Assembly (NCBI GenBank): GCA_963806035.1
Contig: CAWDWO010000009.1
Span: forward strand, 1 to 64,000
Reading direction: 5' to 3'
Length of the DNA: 64,000 bases
Source: Candidatus Krumholzibacteriota bacterium
GTDB lineage: Bacteria > Krumholzibacteriota > Krumholzibacteriia > JAJRXK01
The position numbers were made by a program, and so were the translations under genes. Positions 8,975-19,017 of the stretch are shown piece by piece (position 1 is the stretch's first letter; each line of letters begins with the position of its first letter). The notes below the pieces were generated by a model. That model did no database searches, had not been told where the DNA came from, and was given only the letters and a program-made list of their open reading frames with translations.

Positions 8975-11230
8975 TCAGCAGTTGCTGCCGATCCAGTAGT
9001 CGGCGGCGACCGAGAGCGCGCGGCTGGCCCGGTCGATCTTGCGGTAGACCGGCAGCCCCGCTCGCTCCAAAAGAAGCACACTGGGATCGTAGAGCCGGCC
9101 CGAGTCGATCACGACGACCATCGGTTTGTCGGTCTCCTTGCTCACGCGGATGAATTCGCTGGGCAGGGAGTTCATGGAGAAAATGTTCTCGCTGTGCTGG
9201 CCGCTGAGGTCGGGAGCCAGAATGTCCAGACCCGGGGTGGCGGGAATGGCCGAGACCACCAGCGCGTCCACCTCTTCGGCGTGCGCGAGAATTTCCACTG
9301 CCTTGATGAAGGGCTTCGTTCCCGCCATGGGCGTGGCGTCCACCGGATTGCCGACGTGTGCGATCTCGGGCAACACTTCGCGCAGTTGATCACGCGTCTG
9401 CTGCGAGAATTCGGTCAGTTTCAAGCCATAGAGATGATCGCTCACCGCTCCGGCTTCAAAGCCCGCGTTGGTGATGACTCCCAGGCGCCGGTTGTTGGCG
9501 CGCTTGCGCCCTAGCATGGTGAGAATCTTGGTGTAGTCCTCGAACTGGTTGAGAGTCTCGCAGACGATGGCGCCGGCTTCCTTGAGCATCACGCGCGCGA
9601 TCTCATAATCGCCCGCGATGCTCGCAGTATGGCTTGCCGCGGCCTTGGCCCCTCCCGCTGTCTTTCCCGCCTTGTACACGACGACCGCCTTGCCCTGGGC
9701 GGTCGCGGCTCTCACCAGGCCCAAGAAGCGCTCGCCTTCCAGTGGCTGGAAGCCCTCGATGTAGAAACAGAACACCTGCGTGTCGCTCTCGTGCTCGAGG
9801 TAGTACTGCAGAAAATCGCTCGCGGTGAGATCCATTTCGTTCCCGTAAGAAATGGAAACGCGAGGAAAGATGATCCCGTCCAGATTGGAAGTGAAGCTGA
9901 CCAGGTACGCGCCGGACTGACTCACCGCGACCAGGTTGGTGCCCGGAGCCTTGTGGAAGGGCAGCTTGTAGTGCGGCAAGAAGAAGGTGTTGTACTCGCG
10001 CTTGGACACGATGCCCAGGCAGTTGCCCCCGACCATGACGGGACCTCCGTCGGGACGGCTGCGCGAAGAGGCCAGACTCTCCTCGATGCGACGCGCGAGG
10101 TCGCCCTGTCCGGTTTCGGCGAATCCGCCGGGAATGAGAATGATGCTGCGCGTCTTTTCGGTGGCAACCAGCTCCTCGATCGCGTCGGGGGCGATGGGGG
10201 CGGGAATCGACACCACCGCCAGATCGACCGGCTCGGGCAGCGAGGCCGCGTCGGGTACGCAGGGAACTCCATCGATGCGCTCGACCTTGGGATGGATCGC
10301 CCAGAGCTTTCCGTAAGTGATGCCCTCGCTGCGCTTCAAATTGTCCAGAATGATGCGCCCCGCGTTCATGTGCTTGGACGAAGCGCCGTAGACCACCGCG
10401 CTGCGCGGATGGAGCAAGTTTTCGATGTTGGCGATGGGGCGCGGCAAGCGTCCGGCAGAGGGCGTCGCTTCGATCGAGGCCAGGGCGTCCAGGGCCAGAA
10501 GCCTGCCGTCGCGCGCCACCACCGGGTTCAACTCCAACTCGGCGAGACGCGGCTGTCCCACTTCGGTCTTTTCCTGAAAGATGCGCGCCAGGCGTTGAAG
10601 TGCCTCGCCGAGAATGTCGGCGTCCAGCGGAGCTTTCTTGTGCAGACGACTCGGAGCGAGCGCGATCGCTCCCAGGGCCGAGTCCTTCAGACACTCCATC
10701 TCCACATCTTTGTCGAAGCCGTCCACGCTCATGATCATGTGCGCGCGACCCTGCGCGAGCTTGCCGTACCATTCGCTCAAAAGTCCGCCCAGCCCGAACA
10801 TGAGGTAGGGCCCCATGGCGGGATCGCGGCGCGCGCTCAAAATGAACTCGCTGCCCGGAAGATCGACCGGCAGCACCACCCGCTCCACCACCAGGATTCC
10901 GCTGAGCTGCGCCCCCTTGGCCTTGCTTGCGACTTCCTCGTACATCGCGTCCAGCGCGGCGCTGACCGTCGCCATCTCGCAGGCCACCATGCGAACGCCT
11001 CCGACGTCGCTCTTGTGGAGGATCTGCGGCGACACGATCTTCAGCACGACCTCCTCGCACTGCAGAGTTTGCAACTGCGCTTCGCTCGGCTTCTCCCCCT
11101 TCCTGAGAAAGAAGTGCCGCGGGGTCTCGATGCCGATCTTCTCGAGAAAGGCGTAGGCCTCTCCTTCGAACAGTCGATCGCGTCCCTGCTGCTGAACACT
11201 CTGTAAAGTCTCCTGAAGAGAAGCGGACAT
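8975..11230 (-). CDS. Acetate/acyl-CoA ligase (ADP-forming), fused ATP-grasp and CoA-binding domains
   Basis: 'KIVSPQILHKSDVGGV', 'ELELNP', 'GGNCLG', 'SQSGA', phospho-His motif 'AASHTAS', 'NPVD'. Confidence 0.9.
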   Translation of the reverse strand: MSASLQETLQSVQQQGRDRLFEGEAYAFLEKIGIETPRHFFLRKGEKPSEAQLQTLQCEEVVLKIVSPQILHKSDVGGVRMVACEMATVSAALDAMYEEVASKAKGAQLSGILVVERVVLPVDLPGSEFILSARRDPAMGPYLMFGLGGLLSEWYGKLAQGRAHMIMSVDGFDKDVEMECLKDSALGAIALAPSRLHKKAPLDADILGEALQRLARIFQEKTEVGQPRLAELELNPVVARDGRLLALDALASIEATPSAGRLPRPIANIENLLHPRSAVVYGASSKHMNAGRIILDNLKRSEGITYGKLWAIHPKVERIDGVPCVPDAASLPEPVDLAVVSIPAPIAPDAIEELVATEKTRSIILIPGGFAETGQGDLARRIEESLASSRSRPDGGPVMVGGNCLGIVSKREYNTFFLPHYKLPFHKAPGTNLVAVSQSGAYLVSFTSNLDGIIFPRVSISYGNEMDLTASDFLQYYLEHESDTQVFCFYIEGFQPLEGERFLGLVRAATAQGKAVVVYKAGKTAGGAKAAASHTASIAGDYEIARVMLKEAGAIVCETLNQFEDYTKILTMLGRKRANNRRLGVITNAGFEAGAVSDHLYGLKLTEFSQQTRDQLREVLPEIAHVGNPVDATPMAGTKPFIKAVEILAHAEEVDALVVSAIPATPGLDILAPDLSGQHSENIFSMNSLPSEFIRVSKETDKPMVVVIDSGRLYDPSVLLLERAGLPVYRKIDRASRALSVAADYWIGSNC

Positions 11231-11523
11231 GGGAAAGCTCCCAGATCATGAGCTAAGGGTTTGCGCGTGCTTCTGCACGTACGTCTAGGTCTGCGTCTAG
11301 CTAGAATCTCGGGCCGAAAGGAGCTGCTTCCAAGCGCTTTTTTGGCGAAGTCGAATGCGAGTTCTTGGGGAAGGCGAATGCAGGTTCCAGGCGAAGACGA
11401 ATGCGGGTACCAGGCGCGCGCACGAGGGCGCGCTCTCGGGCGAAGCAAAGGCCCGGCAGAGAACTGCCGGGCCTTTTGAGTCGCTAAGAGAGTCGCCGTG
11501 CGCGGGAAAAGACCCGTGGCCGG

Positions 11524-13470
11524 CTACTTCAGCAGAGTGACTTTCTGCACCACACTCGATTCGGTCTCGAAGCGCAGGCGTACATAGTACACACCGCTTC
11601 CGACGGGCGCGCCCGAAGCATCCCGACCGTTCCACGTGCGGGTCTGGTCTCCAGCGTCGAGAACGCCGTTGACGAGGGTCGTGACCCTTTCACCCTTGAC
11701 GTTGAAGATGGCAAGTTCGGCCATGCCCTTGCGCGGCAGCTTGAACTCGATCTTGGTCATCGGGTTGAAGGGATTGGGATAGATGCTCGTCAGCGAAGCA
11801 CGACGCGCCACGGGCGTTCCCGTCTCGACACCGGTTGCGAAGAGTTGCAAGTCGTTGTCGTCGCGCGGCGCGATGGCGTTGCCGCCAAAGCGCACGTCGA
11901 GCAGGCCGGTCGCGATCTGCGTGTCGTTCGGCAGGGGCGCGAGCGAAACGGCAACCATCGGGTTGGCCCTGAGCAGACTGTCGCTGACCGTGTCCTGCAG
12001 GTAGTAGTTGTCAGTGGCCGCGATGGTGTCCACCACGGTGGACATGAAGGTGCGGACGATCACGTTCTCCAAAGCCTCGGTGGTGTCCAGATCGGTGCTG
12101 GTGAACGCGAGAACCGGAGGCAGCGGATTACTGAAGTTCAAGACCTGGACCGCGTCAGCCCGCTGGGGGTTGATCTCGGTATTGGTGTCGAACTCGCTGA
12201 TGGTTCCCGAGATCCGTACCCGGTCGCCGCGGAAGAGCACGTTGCCGCCCGAACTCTCGTAGACAAAGAGGCCGCTCCAGGGACCACCTTCGGGATCCTC
12301 GATGATCCACTGGCTGCCCGGAGAGTTCAGCTCGCCCGGCGCCACCGTCACGATGCCCTCCACGTTGACCAGCTGGCCCGCGTAGGTGCTGCCGTTGCTA
12401 CCGTCCACGCTGGACTGGATGTCCATGATGGTGGTGGTGCCCACTGCAACCTGCAGACTCGAAGCCGGCGCGTCGCCCGGCACGGTGGTGGTCTGCGCGC
12501 TGTTGTCCGTCGCCACGATGTAGTACTCCATGGACGACATCGTGGTGCCGGGAATGGTGGCCTCGTAGGTGTCACCCAGAGTGTTGGTCATCGCCACCGA
12601 AGTGAAGCTCCCGCTGCCGCCGTAGGCGTAGTAGAGAGTCGCCGCGGCGATGCTTCCGTTGTCGGTGATGGTCGCCGAAACGGTGACCGCCTCGTTGGCA
12701 TGCGGCGCCCAGGGGGCGGGCGTGATGTCGTTGACGACCGGGAAGGGATCGCCCGGGTTCTTCACCAGGTCGGTCTGGTAACGAGGCTTGAGCTCGATGA
12801 GACCGTTGTACGGCGAGAGAATCCCGGTGATCTGGAAGTGATCGCCGTTGCCCATGGAAGTGGCGTCGATTCCGGTGGTGCCGTCGATGAAGACGATGAG
12901 GGTGTCGCCGGAAACGTCGGTCAGACCCACCGTCCCCTGCTGGAAGGATCCTCCACCCCAGGGCGGGGCGGCCACGCCGGGCAGATACGCGATGTCACCG
13001 GTGACCGAGGCCAGCCAGCCGATCACTTCGTAGTCGGCCGCGGTCGGCGTGCCGCTGCCGTCGTTGTCCACCGCTTCGGACACGGTGTAGACCTGCGGCG
13101 CGGGAACGGTGGCCACGTCGAGGAAGGTCAGGGTGAGACCCGAACCGGTACCGAGATCGATCTCGCTGCCGTTGAAGGAGCCCACGTCGCCGGTGACCTC
13201 GACGGAGTCGCCGAGAGCGAATCCGGAGGTAGAGCTAAAGAAGGTGATCCCGCCGGTGGGATCCTGCACGTAAGTGCCACCGCTGTTGAGAACCCCTGGC
13301 GGCATGGTGATGACGCCACGGACGGTGACGATGTTTCCGACGAGAGGTGAGGCCGGCGCGCCGGTGGCGTCGTAGGCCTGGATGTCGTCGATGTTCGTGA
13401 TTTGGGCGAATGCGGTGCTGGTGAGGCAGAGGAGCGCGCAAAGCGCGACTGCCAGCGTCGTTCGCAACAT
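11524..13470 (-). CDS. Secreted OB-fold-repeat protein with C-terminal FlgD-Ig-like sorting domain
   Basis: GGAGG RBS before ATG 13470; signal peptide AFA-Q; repeated 'GxxVxVxGxV' OB-like units; tail 'IYPNPFNP..WNGRDASGAPVGSGVYYVRL..KVTLLK'. Confidence 0.85.
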   Translation of the reverse strand: MLRTTLAVALCALLCLTSTAFAQITNIDDIQAYDATGAPASPLVGNIVTVRGVITMPPGVLNSGGTYVQDPTGGITFFSSTSGFALGDSVEVTGDVGSFNGSEIDLGTGSGLTLTFLDVATVPAPQVYTVSEAVDNDGSGTPTAADYEVIGWLASVTGDIAYLPGVAAPPWGGGSFQQGTVGLTDVSGDTLIVFIDGTTGIDATSMGNGDHFQITGILSPYNGLIELKPRYQTDLVKNPGDPFPVVNDITPAPWAPHANEAVTVSATITDNGSIAAATLYYAYGGSGSFTSVAMTNTLGDTYEATIPGTTMSSMEYYIVATDNSAQTTTVPGDAPASSLQVAVGTTTIMDIQSSVDGSNGSTYAGQLVNVEGIVTVAPGELNSPGSQWIIEDPEGGPWSGLFVYESSGGNVLFRGDRVRISGTISEFDTNTEINPQRADAVQVLNFSNPLPPVLAFTSTDLDTTEALENVIVRTFMSTVVDTIAATDNYYLQDTVSDSLLRANPMVAVSLAPLPNDTQIATGLLDVRFGGNAIAPRDDNDLQLFATGVETGTPVARRASLTSIYPNPFNPMTKIEFKLPRKGMAELAIFNVKGERVTTLVNGVLDAGDQTRTWNGRDASGAPVGSGVYYVRLRFETESSVVQKVTLLK

Positions 13471-13635
13471 TCTCGTGATGCCTCCTGCGATGAATCGGAT
13501 GAGCTGAATCGAGAGAGTGAAGCTCTGGCTGCAAACCCGCGATCTTCGTTGTGAAAGTGGACGCCAACACGCGGTTGAAAGTGAATCTCTAGCCGCCGCG
13601 AACCCTTTGTGCGTCCCTCTAGGGAAATCGGGGGC

Positions 13636-13665
13636 AGTATAGCACAAGAATTTGCCGCCACTCAA
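13636..13665 (-). promoter_or_regulatory. Putative sigma70 promoter (extended -10) for the 13470 gene
   Basis: Minus strand TTGAGT-N18-TATACT, with TGn before the -10 box. Confidence 0.5.
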
Positions 13666-13933
13666 ACCCGCTTCGGGCGGCAGGGCCTCAGAGCCGGCTC
13701 TTTTGAGGCACGCCGGAAGGCCGGAAATTGACGGGAGTTCCTAAGCACTGGCGGGACATGCTCTTTCGGCCCCTCGGCGGACTGGCTCAAAGGCGCCCCA
13801 CCCTCCCGGTTTTCACGGGAATTTCACGCGTTTTCCATCCGCTCTTTGCGCCTCGGGGGCACGCGCCCCGGTCCGGGCGCTCTGGGGGAAAACCACGCCC
13901 TCCCGGAGATCCGAGGGGGCGGTCCCGGCGCGC

Positions 13934-14353
13934 TCAGTCCCGCGAGGCCCCTTTCTCCATGGCGCGCGCCAGGCGCTCCGCGAGCAGCGGGGTCTCGCGC
14001 GCAAGCAGGGCGTGGAGTTCGGACTGGGGCAGAATCAGTACGCGGCCGTTGGTGAGCGCTTCCACATAACCCTCGCTCGCGGGGCCGTCGACGCGCGCGC
14101 GCTGTCCAAAGAGTTCCCCCTCCTCCAGGATACCTGCCACCACCTCGTGTCCGTCGGGACCGAAGGTGTTGATGCGGACGCGCCCTGCGCGCACGAGGTA
14201 AGCTTGCCCTCCTTCATCGTCGGGTCCGCACAGAATCTGCCCTCGGACGCAGTCCCAGGACTTGCCCGTCTGCAGAAGACGGCGCCACGCGCTCTCCTTG
14301 AGCTGGTGCACGAGCGGGCGGTGCTTCAGGAGCCAGATTCTGCTGCGACCCAT
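13934..14353 (-). CDS. Stand-alone cNMP-binding (Crp/Fnr N-terminal) domain protein, no HTH
   Basis: 'YLVRAGRVRI..GPDGHEVV..ILEEGELFG..VEALT' matches the cNMP fold; ORF ends after the C-helix. Confidence 0.75.
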   Translation of the reverse strand: MGRSRIWLLKHRPLVHQLKESAWRRLLQTGKSWDCVRGQILCGPDDEGGQAYLVRAGRVRINTFGPDGHEVVAGILEEGELFGQRARVDGPASEGYVEALTNGRVLILPQSELHALLARETPLLAERLARAMEKGASRD

Positions 14354-14455
14354 CGATTCCCTCTCGAGTTTGAGTTGGACAACCGTCCCCAGCGCGCCCC
14401 TGCGCGCGAAACCGCTCGCTTCAACGCGCCTTTCGGGCCCTTCGGCCTGAACCTA

Positions 14456-14491
14456 TCTTGAACCCGGTCTTGAATCCGGTCTTGAATCCGG
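14456..14491. repeat. 3 x 12-bp tandem repeat in a divergent intergenic region
   Basis: tcttgaacccgg tcttgaatccgg tcttgaatccgg. Confidence 0.85.
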
Positions 14492-14595
14492 CGGTGGGAA
14501 ACGAGGAGTGGTCTCCCGCCGGCCGACCCATCACCTTGCCATCATCCGCAAAGAGCCCAACTCGGGCAAGGTGAAGACTCGGCGGGAGCGATCGC

Positions 14596-15525
14596 ATGTT
14601 TCTTCCCCTCAAGGATCACAACCCGACCACCATCCGTCCCACGGTGACCATCGGGCTCATCGCGCTCAACTGTTTCGTCTTCCTCATCGAATTGGGGCAC
14701 GGGCCCAGTCTCCCGTACTTCATCGCCCACTGGGGCGCGGTTCCCTACGCTTTTACTCACTTTGGCGAGGTCGTGGCCGTGGGAAACAACTTCCCCGCGA
14801 CTGGGGGCCCCTCGCCCTTCTGGATCACCGGAATCACCAGCATGTTTTTGCACGGAGGATGGGCGCACCTTCTGTTCAACATGCTCTTTCTGTGGATCTT
14901 CGGAAACAACGTCGAGGATTTCTTGGGTCACTTCCGCTACCTGGTGTTCTACATCGTCACCGGACTTTTGGGACTTTGCACCCATGTCTTGCTTCATCCC
15001 TCCTCCACCATTCCCGTGGTGGGCGCCAGCGGCGCGATCAGCGGCGTGTTGGGCGCCTACATGGTTCTCTATCCGCGGGCGCGCGTGACCACCCTGGTCT
15101 TCCTGCTCTTCTTCGTGACCTTCATCGAAGTGCCTGCGGTCGTCCTCTTGGGCTTCTGGATCATCTTGCAGCTCTTCTCCGGTCTGGGAAGCCTGGGCCA
15201 CGGAGGGAGCGGAACGGCCCACTGGGCCCACATCGGCGGCTTCGCGGCCGGTTATCTCATTCTGCGCTTCTGGCTGGCCAAGGAGTTGGTGTCGGCGCGG
15301 CGACGCGTCGCGGCGGGAGCGGCGGGAGCGGCTGCAAGTGGCGGAACCTTCGCGGAAGGCTTCGCGGCGGCGCGCGCGCGCAGTAGCTCTTCGACCACGC
15401 CCGGCTTCTTCTCCACGGGTGACGACTATCCCCCGCCACCCCCCAAGGTGGGGCATCGCTTCGGCGGCGATCCCATCGGCAACTTTCTCGAGGAAATCGA
15501 GCGCAAGGACGAGGACGATTCCTGA
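14596..15525 (+). CDS. Rhomboid family intramembrane serine protease
   Basis: 'SMFLHGGWAHLLFNMLFLWIFG', 'GASGAISG', 'AHWAHIGGF'. Confidence 0.93.
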   Translation: MFLPLKDHNPTTIRPTVTIGLIALNCFVFLIELGHGPSLPYFIAHWGAVPYAFTHFGEVVAVGNNFPATGGPSPFWITGITSMFLHGGWAHLLFNMLFLWIFGNNVEDFLGHFRYLVFYIVTGLLGLCTHVLLHPSSTIPVVGASGAISGVLGAYMVLYPRARVTTLVFLLFFVTFIEVPAVVLLGFWIILQLFSGLGSLGHGGSGTAHWAHIGGFAAGYLILRFWLAKELVSARRRVAAGAAGAAASGGTFAEGFAAARARSSSSTTPGFFSTGDDYPPPPPKVGHRFGGDPIGNFLEEIERKDEDDS

Positions 15526-15533
15526 GCGGAGGA

Positions 15534-16964
15534 TCAACGCTTGCGCAGCAAGCGCAGCGCTTCCTGAAGCTCCTTCACGCTGTTCACGCGCAGCACCGTC
15601 AAGACCAAGAACCACCCCAGCGCGCTCAAAACCGCCCGCAGCCACAGCGCCTGCCCGCGCAGCAGTACCGTGATCAGGATCGCGGCGGCCAGGGCCGAGA
15701 GCGCGCCGCCGGCCGAGGACCAGAGCGGAACTCTGAATCCCGCGCGGCGAGCGTAGTAGAAGTAGAGGACCAGAGTCAGACCGTAACTGACGAAAGTGGC
15801 AAGAGCCGCGCCCTGGATGCCCATGCGCGGAATCAGGAGGGCATTGAGAATCACGTTTGCCACGATGCCGATGGCGCCGATGGGAAGCAGATCGCGTTCG
15901 CGATCGGCGGCGAAGAGGAGGCGCACCATCATGTGGCATCCGGCCTGCAGGGCGATCGCCCAGGCCAGAACGCGCAGGGCCCCCACCGCGGGCAAGAACT
16001 CGCTTCCGGCCATCACGCGCACGATGAACGGGGCGAAGATCCACACCGCGATGGCCAAGGCGGAGCAGAAGACCAGCGTGACCCGCGTGCTGCCGCCGAT
16101 CAATGCCACGGTCGGCGCCTCGCCCTTTTCACGCGCCAACCGAAGTTGCGGATAGACGGCGGTGGCGAGAATGCGCGGCGCGAGCACGACGACGTCGATC
16201 ACGCGCACCGCGACTCCGTAGTAGCCCCAGAAGCGCTCATCCACCATTCGACTCAGCATGAGAATGTCGATACGGTGAAAGAGTAGACTCAATACGGTGG
16301 CGCCCATCAGGGGTACCGCGGCGCGCAGGAGCCGCCGGACTTCGTCGTTTTCCACTTCGCGCAGCGAGAGCCGGCCGAAGTTTCGCCGCAGGAAACGCGT
16401 TCCCACCAGGGCGCGCACCAGGCAACCCAAGGTGATTCCCGTCACGAAGCCCAGGATACCCAGCCCGAAGAGCAGGGCAGCAGTGGCGAACACGAAGATG
16501 CTGGCCGAGGAGAGCAGCATCGTGCGCGTGATGTAGTCCATGCGTTGGGCGCCCTGGAACACGGCGTCGGCGATGTCGCTGATGTTCTCCAGGAAGACGA
16601 TGGTCCCCAAAATGAGGACCACGTGCAGCACTGCGCTGGGGTAGTGCAGCTTCCACACCGCGAAGATCAAGATCAGGTAGGCGATCGCGGACAGGAGAGT
16701 TTTGACCGCGGCCGCGGCCGAGGCGACACGCGTCGTGTCCCTGCGATCGTCGGCGACCTCGCGGGTGACCAGGTAGTCCAGTCCGCCGCCAGCCAGCACC
16801 CTGCCGACTTCGATGAAGGTATTCCCGGCCGTGTAGAGTCCGTAGCCCGCCGCGCCGAGGATGCGCGTGGCAAACATGGTCAAAAGGATGCTGAAGAACT
16901 TCGACGCGCCGTGGGCGAGACTCAAGAATACGGTGTTGCGCGCGATGCGCCCTCGGTCTGCCAT
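15534..16964 (-). CDS. Wzx-like polysaccharide flippase (MOP superfamily)
   Basis: Multi-TM; 'RIARNT', 'TRILGAAGYGLY', 'RIDILML', 'GYYGVAVR', 'LLIPRMGIQGAALAT'. Confidence 0.9.
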   Translation of the reverse strand: MADRGRIARNTVFLSLAHGASKFFSILLTMFATRILGAAGYGLYTAGNTFIEVGRVLAGGGLDYLVTREVADDRRDTTRVASAAAAVKTLLSAIAYLILIFAVWKLHYPSAVLHVVLILGTIVFLENISDIADAVFQGAQRMDYITRTMLLSSASIFVFATAALLFGLGILGFVTGITLGCLVRALVGTRFLRRNFGRLSLREVENDEVRRLLRAAVPLMGATVLSLLFHRIDILMLSRMVDERFWGYYGVAVRVIDVVVLAPRILATAVYPQLRLAREKGEAPTVALIGGSTRVTLVFCSALAIAVWIFAPFIVRVMAGSEFLPAVGALRVLAWAIALQAGCHMMVRLLFAADRERDLLPIGAIGIVANVILNALLIPRMGIQGAALATFVSYGLTLVLYFYYARRAGFRVPLWSSAGGALSALAAAILITVLLRGQALWLRAVLSALGWFLVLTVLRVNSVKELQEALRLLRKR

Positions 16965-16974
16965 CGTTCCCCGT

Positions 16975-18810
16975 TCAGAAGGCCTGTCCGACTCCGATGC
17001 TCACGACCGGCGCCGACCGATGCGTGGAATAAAGGATCGGCCAGGCGAAGTCTACACGGAGTGGCGCATTCAGCGAGGCTCGATCCATACCCAGGCGAAA
17101 TCCGAAACCCACGGCCCCGCGCATGTCTCCCAGCAACAGATCGTGCTCGTCCTCGAACCACGCGGTGCCAAAATCGGCGAAAGCCGCCATGCCGGGCGTC
17201 ACCAGACTGCCAAAGCCCGAGCGATATACCCAGCGCATTTCCAGGTTGGCTCGTAGTAGACGGTCCCCCGCGTATTCGCTGGGACGGGCCGAACGCAAGC
17301 CGTTGTCGATGCCCAGAGTATAAACCGAGTTGCGGTCGAGGTTGCTGCCGGTGGCTGCCAGCAGCGAGCCGGCGGCGCTGAAGGCATCGGAAAAGTACTG
17401 GTTTAGCCGCGCGCGGAACTGGGCCCGCATGTTGGGATCGCTGCCCGCGGCCAAGTGCCCCGTGGCGGAAGCGTCCAGCCGAACCACGGTGCCTCCGGAA
17501 ATGATGTTCCACCGCTCCTCTCCGGAAAACCACGAGCCGTCGAAGCTGCTGCCCATGCCGCGGCTGATCCAGCCCAAGGCCAAAGAGAGCTGGTGACCTT
17601 TGGCGATGTCCTCGCGCTGGCCCATGCGATCCAGGTAGCGACGGGAAGCGTAGTTCAGGGGTGTGCGATCGAGAGTGACGATCGGTCCGTAGACGTCGCG
17701 GTTCTCGGCGAACTTGCCGCCGAGATCGATGCTGCCCACCGCATTTCCGGCCGGATCGTAGATGGGCGCCGCGGGCAAGGGGCTGAAGCGCTGGGTCTCG
17801 ACCCTGAATCCGACACCGAGGCGCAGCACGCCCTCGCCCCACCTGCCGCTGCGGCGCTGCAGCTCGAGCCGCGCTTGGGAGAAGTCGCCGTGCGGTCGCA
17901 CATATTTATCGCCGGTCAAGTAGTAGCGGGGCGAGGTTCCGGCATGCAGATATTGGGCGCGCCACGCCCACTGCGATTCGAGCTGAAAAAACGGCCGGTC
18001 CAGATGCCAGGCGAAAGAGCCCCCGTCGGAGGCGTCGCTGTAATCCGCCCCGCCGTCCCACTTGCCGTCGAGGAAATGACGGTCGCGGTAGCCCAGTTCC
18101 CAGCTGGTACGATCGAGGTCCTCGTTGCGCGCCAAGGAAGCCTGCCGCCCCGTGCCGAGCAGGTTGGACTCCATCGCGCGGAAGGAGAGTAGCGTCGTGT
18201 TCTCGAACTTCTCGAAGCGGATGTCGAAGTTCGTGGTCCAGACCTCGCGCGTGTGGACGTAGAGATCGACGCTGTCAGGGGCAACGTGTTCGGTCTCCAG
18301 GCTCACTTCCACCAGGTAACCGGTCGCGCGCAGCTTGCGTTCGCTTTCGGCGAGAAGCTCGGGGTCGGCCCGGTCGCCCTCGTGAACCAGAAGTTCGCGT
18401 CGGATGGTCCGGCGGCGCGTGTCGATGTGAACGGCGTTGACCAGCCCCAAAGGCAGCCAGGGAACTTGGGCACAGTCACTTTCGGTGAAGATGGGCTCGC
18501 GTTCGTAGATCACCCGCCGGATGTAGGGGGCGGGCGCGTCGGACCACTCCGGATCGCTGGCCCTGTGGGCGGCATCCTGCCGCGCGGCGGGAACATTCGC
18601 GGCGGAGTCGAGCGCGCGATCGCCTGGATCGGCGGCCGCCGATCCGCGAGCGGCCTGGGCCGAGGCCGCGCCGAGGCTGAGGAGCAGAGCCGCGAGCAGG
18701 GCCAGGGCGCCCGTCCGCGGGCAAGCACCCTTCCGGAGCGCTCGTTCCAGCCGCGCCGTCCACCCTGGATTCGAGACTGACATTTCCGTCCAGATCGTAC
18801 GAGGTGTCAT
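16975..18810 (-). CDS. Omp85/TamA-like outer membrane protein with POTRA domain
   Basis: 'TRRRTIRRELLVHEGD..LLAESERKLR', 'ESNLLGTG', C-terminal 'GFGFRLG..LRVDFAWP..GVGQAF'; start position uncertain. Confidence 0.85.
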   Translation of the reverse strand: MTPRTIWTEMSVSNPGWTARLERALRKGACPRTGALALLAALLLSLGAASAQAARGSAAADPGDRALDSAANVPAARQDAAHRASDPEWSDAPAPYIRRVIYEREPIFTESDCAQVPWLPLGLVNAVHIDTRRRTIRRELLVHEGDRADPELLAESERKLRATGYLVEVSLETEHVAPDSVDLYVHTREVWTTNFDIRFEKFENTTLLSFRAMESNLLGTGRQASLARNEDLDRTSWELGYRDRHFLDGKWDGGADYSDASDGGSFAWHLDRPFFQLESQWAWRAQYLHAGTSPRYYLTGDKYVRPHGDFSQARLELQRRSGRWGEGVLRLGVGFRVETQRFSPLPAAPIYDPAGNAVGSIDLGGKFAENRDVYGPIVTLDRTPLNYASRRYLDRMGQREDIAKGHQLSLALGWISRGMGSSFDGSWFSGEERWNIISGGTVVRLDASATGHLAAGSDPNMRAQFRARLNQYFSDAFSAAGSLLAATGSNLDRNSVYTLGIDNGLRSARPSEYAGDRLLRANLEMRWVYRSGFGSLVTPGMAAFADFGTAWFEDEHDLLLGDMRGAVGFGFRLGMDRASLNAPLRVDFAWPILYSTHRSAPVVSIGVGQAF

Positions 18811-18930
18811 GTCATTATGACAGTGTGTCGAGGGCCTCTGTCAGCATCCTGCGGGGAGCCTTCCCCAGGGTGGAGTTCTAAGTGAATGGTGCACAATCCT
18901 TTAGCGGATGGCAAGCAAAGCCTTTCGGGC

Positions 18931-18947
18931 TTGGCACCCAGCTTGAT
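18931..18947 (+). promoter_or_regulatory. Possible sigma54 (-24/-12) promoter for hsp20
   Basis: TTGGCACCCAGCTTGAT versus consensus YTGGCACGNNNNTTGCW; GA instead of GC at -12. Confidence 0.35.
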
Positions 18948-19017
18948 ATGGCCTGGGTACGAGCGCAGGACAATGCGAACCCCTCGCACTGCAGCGAGAG
19001 ACGAAAGGAATGAAACC

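Noticed and set aside
13934..13936. Sec readthrough at other TGA stops (e.g. the cNMP protein and the ferredoxin)
   Set aside because: Downstream sequence gives no recognisable domain continuation
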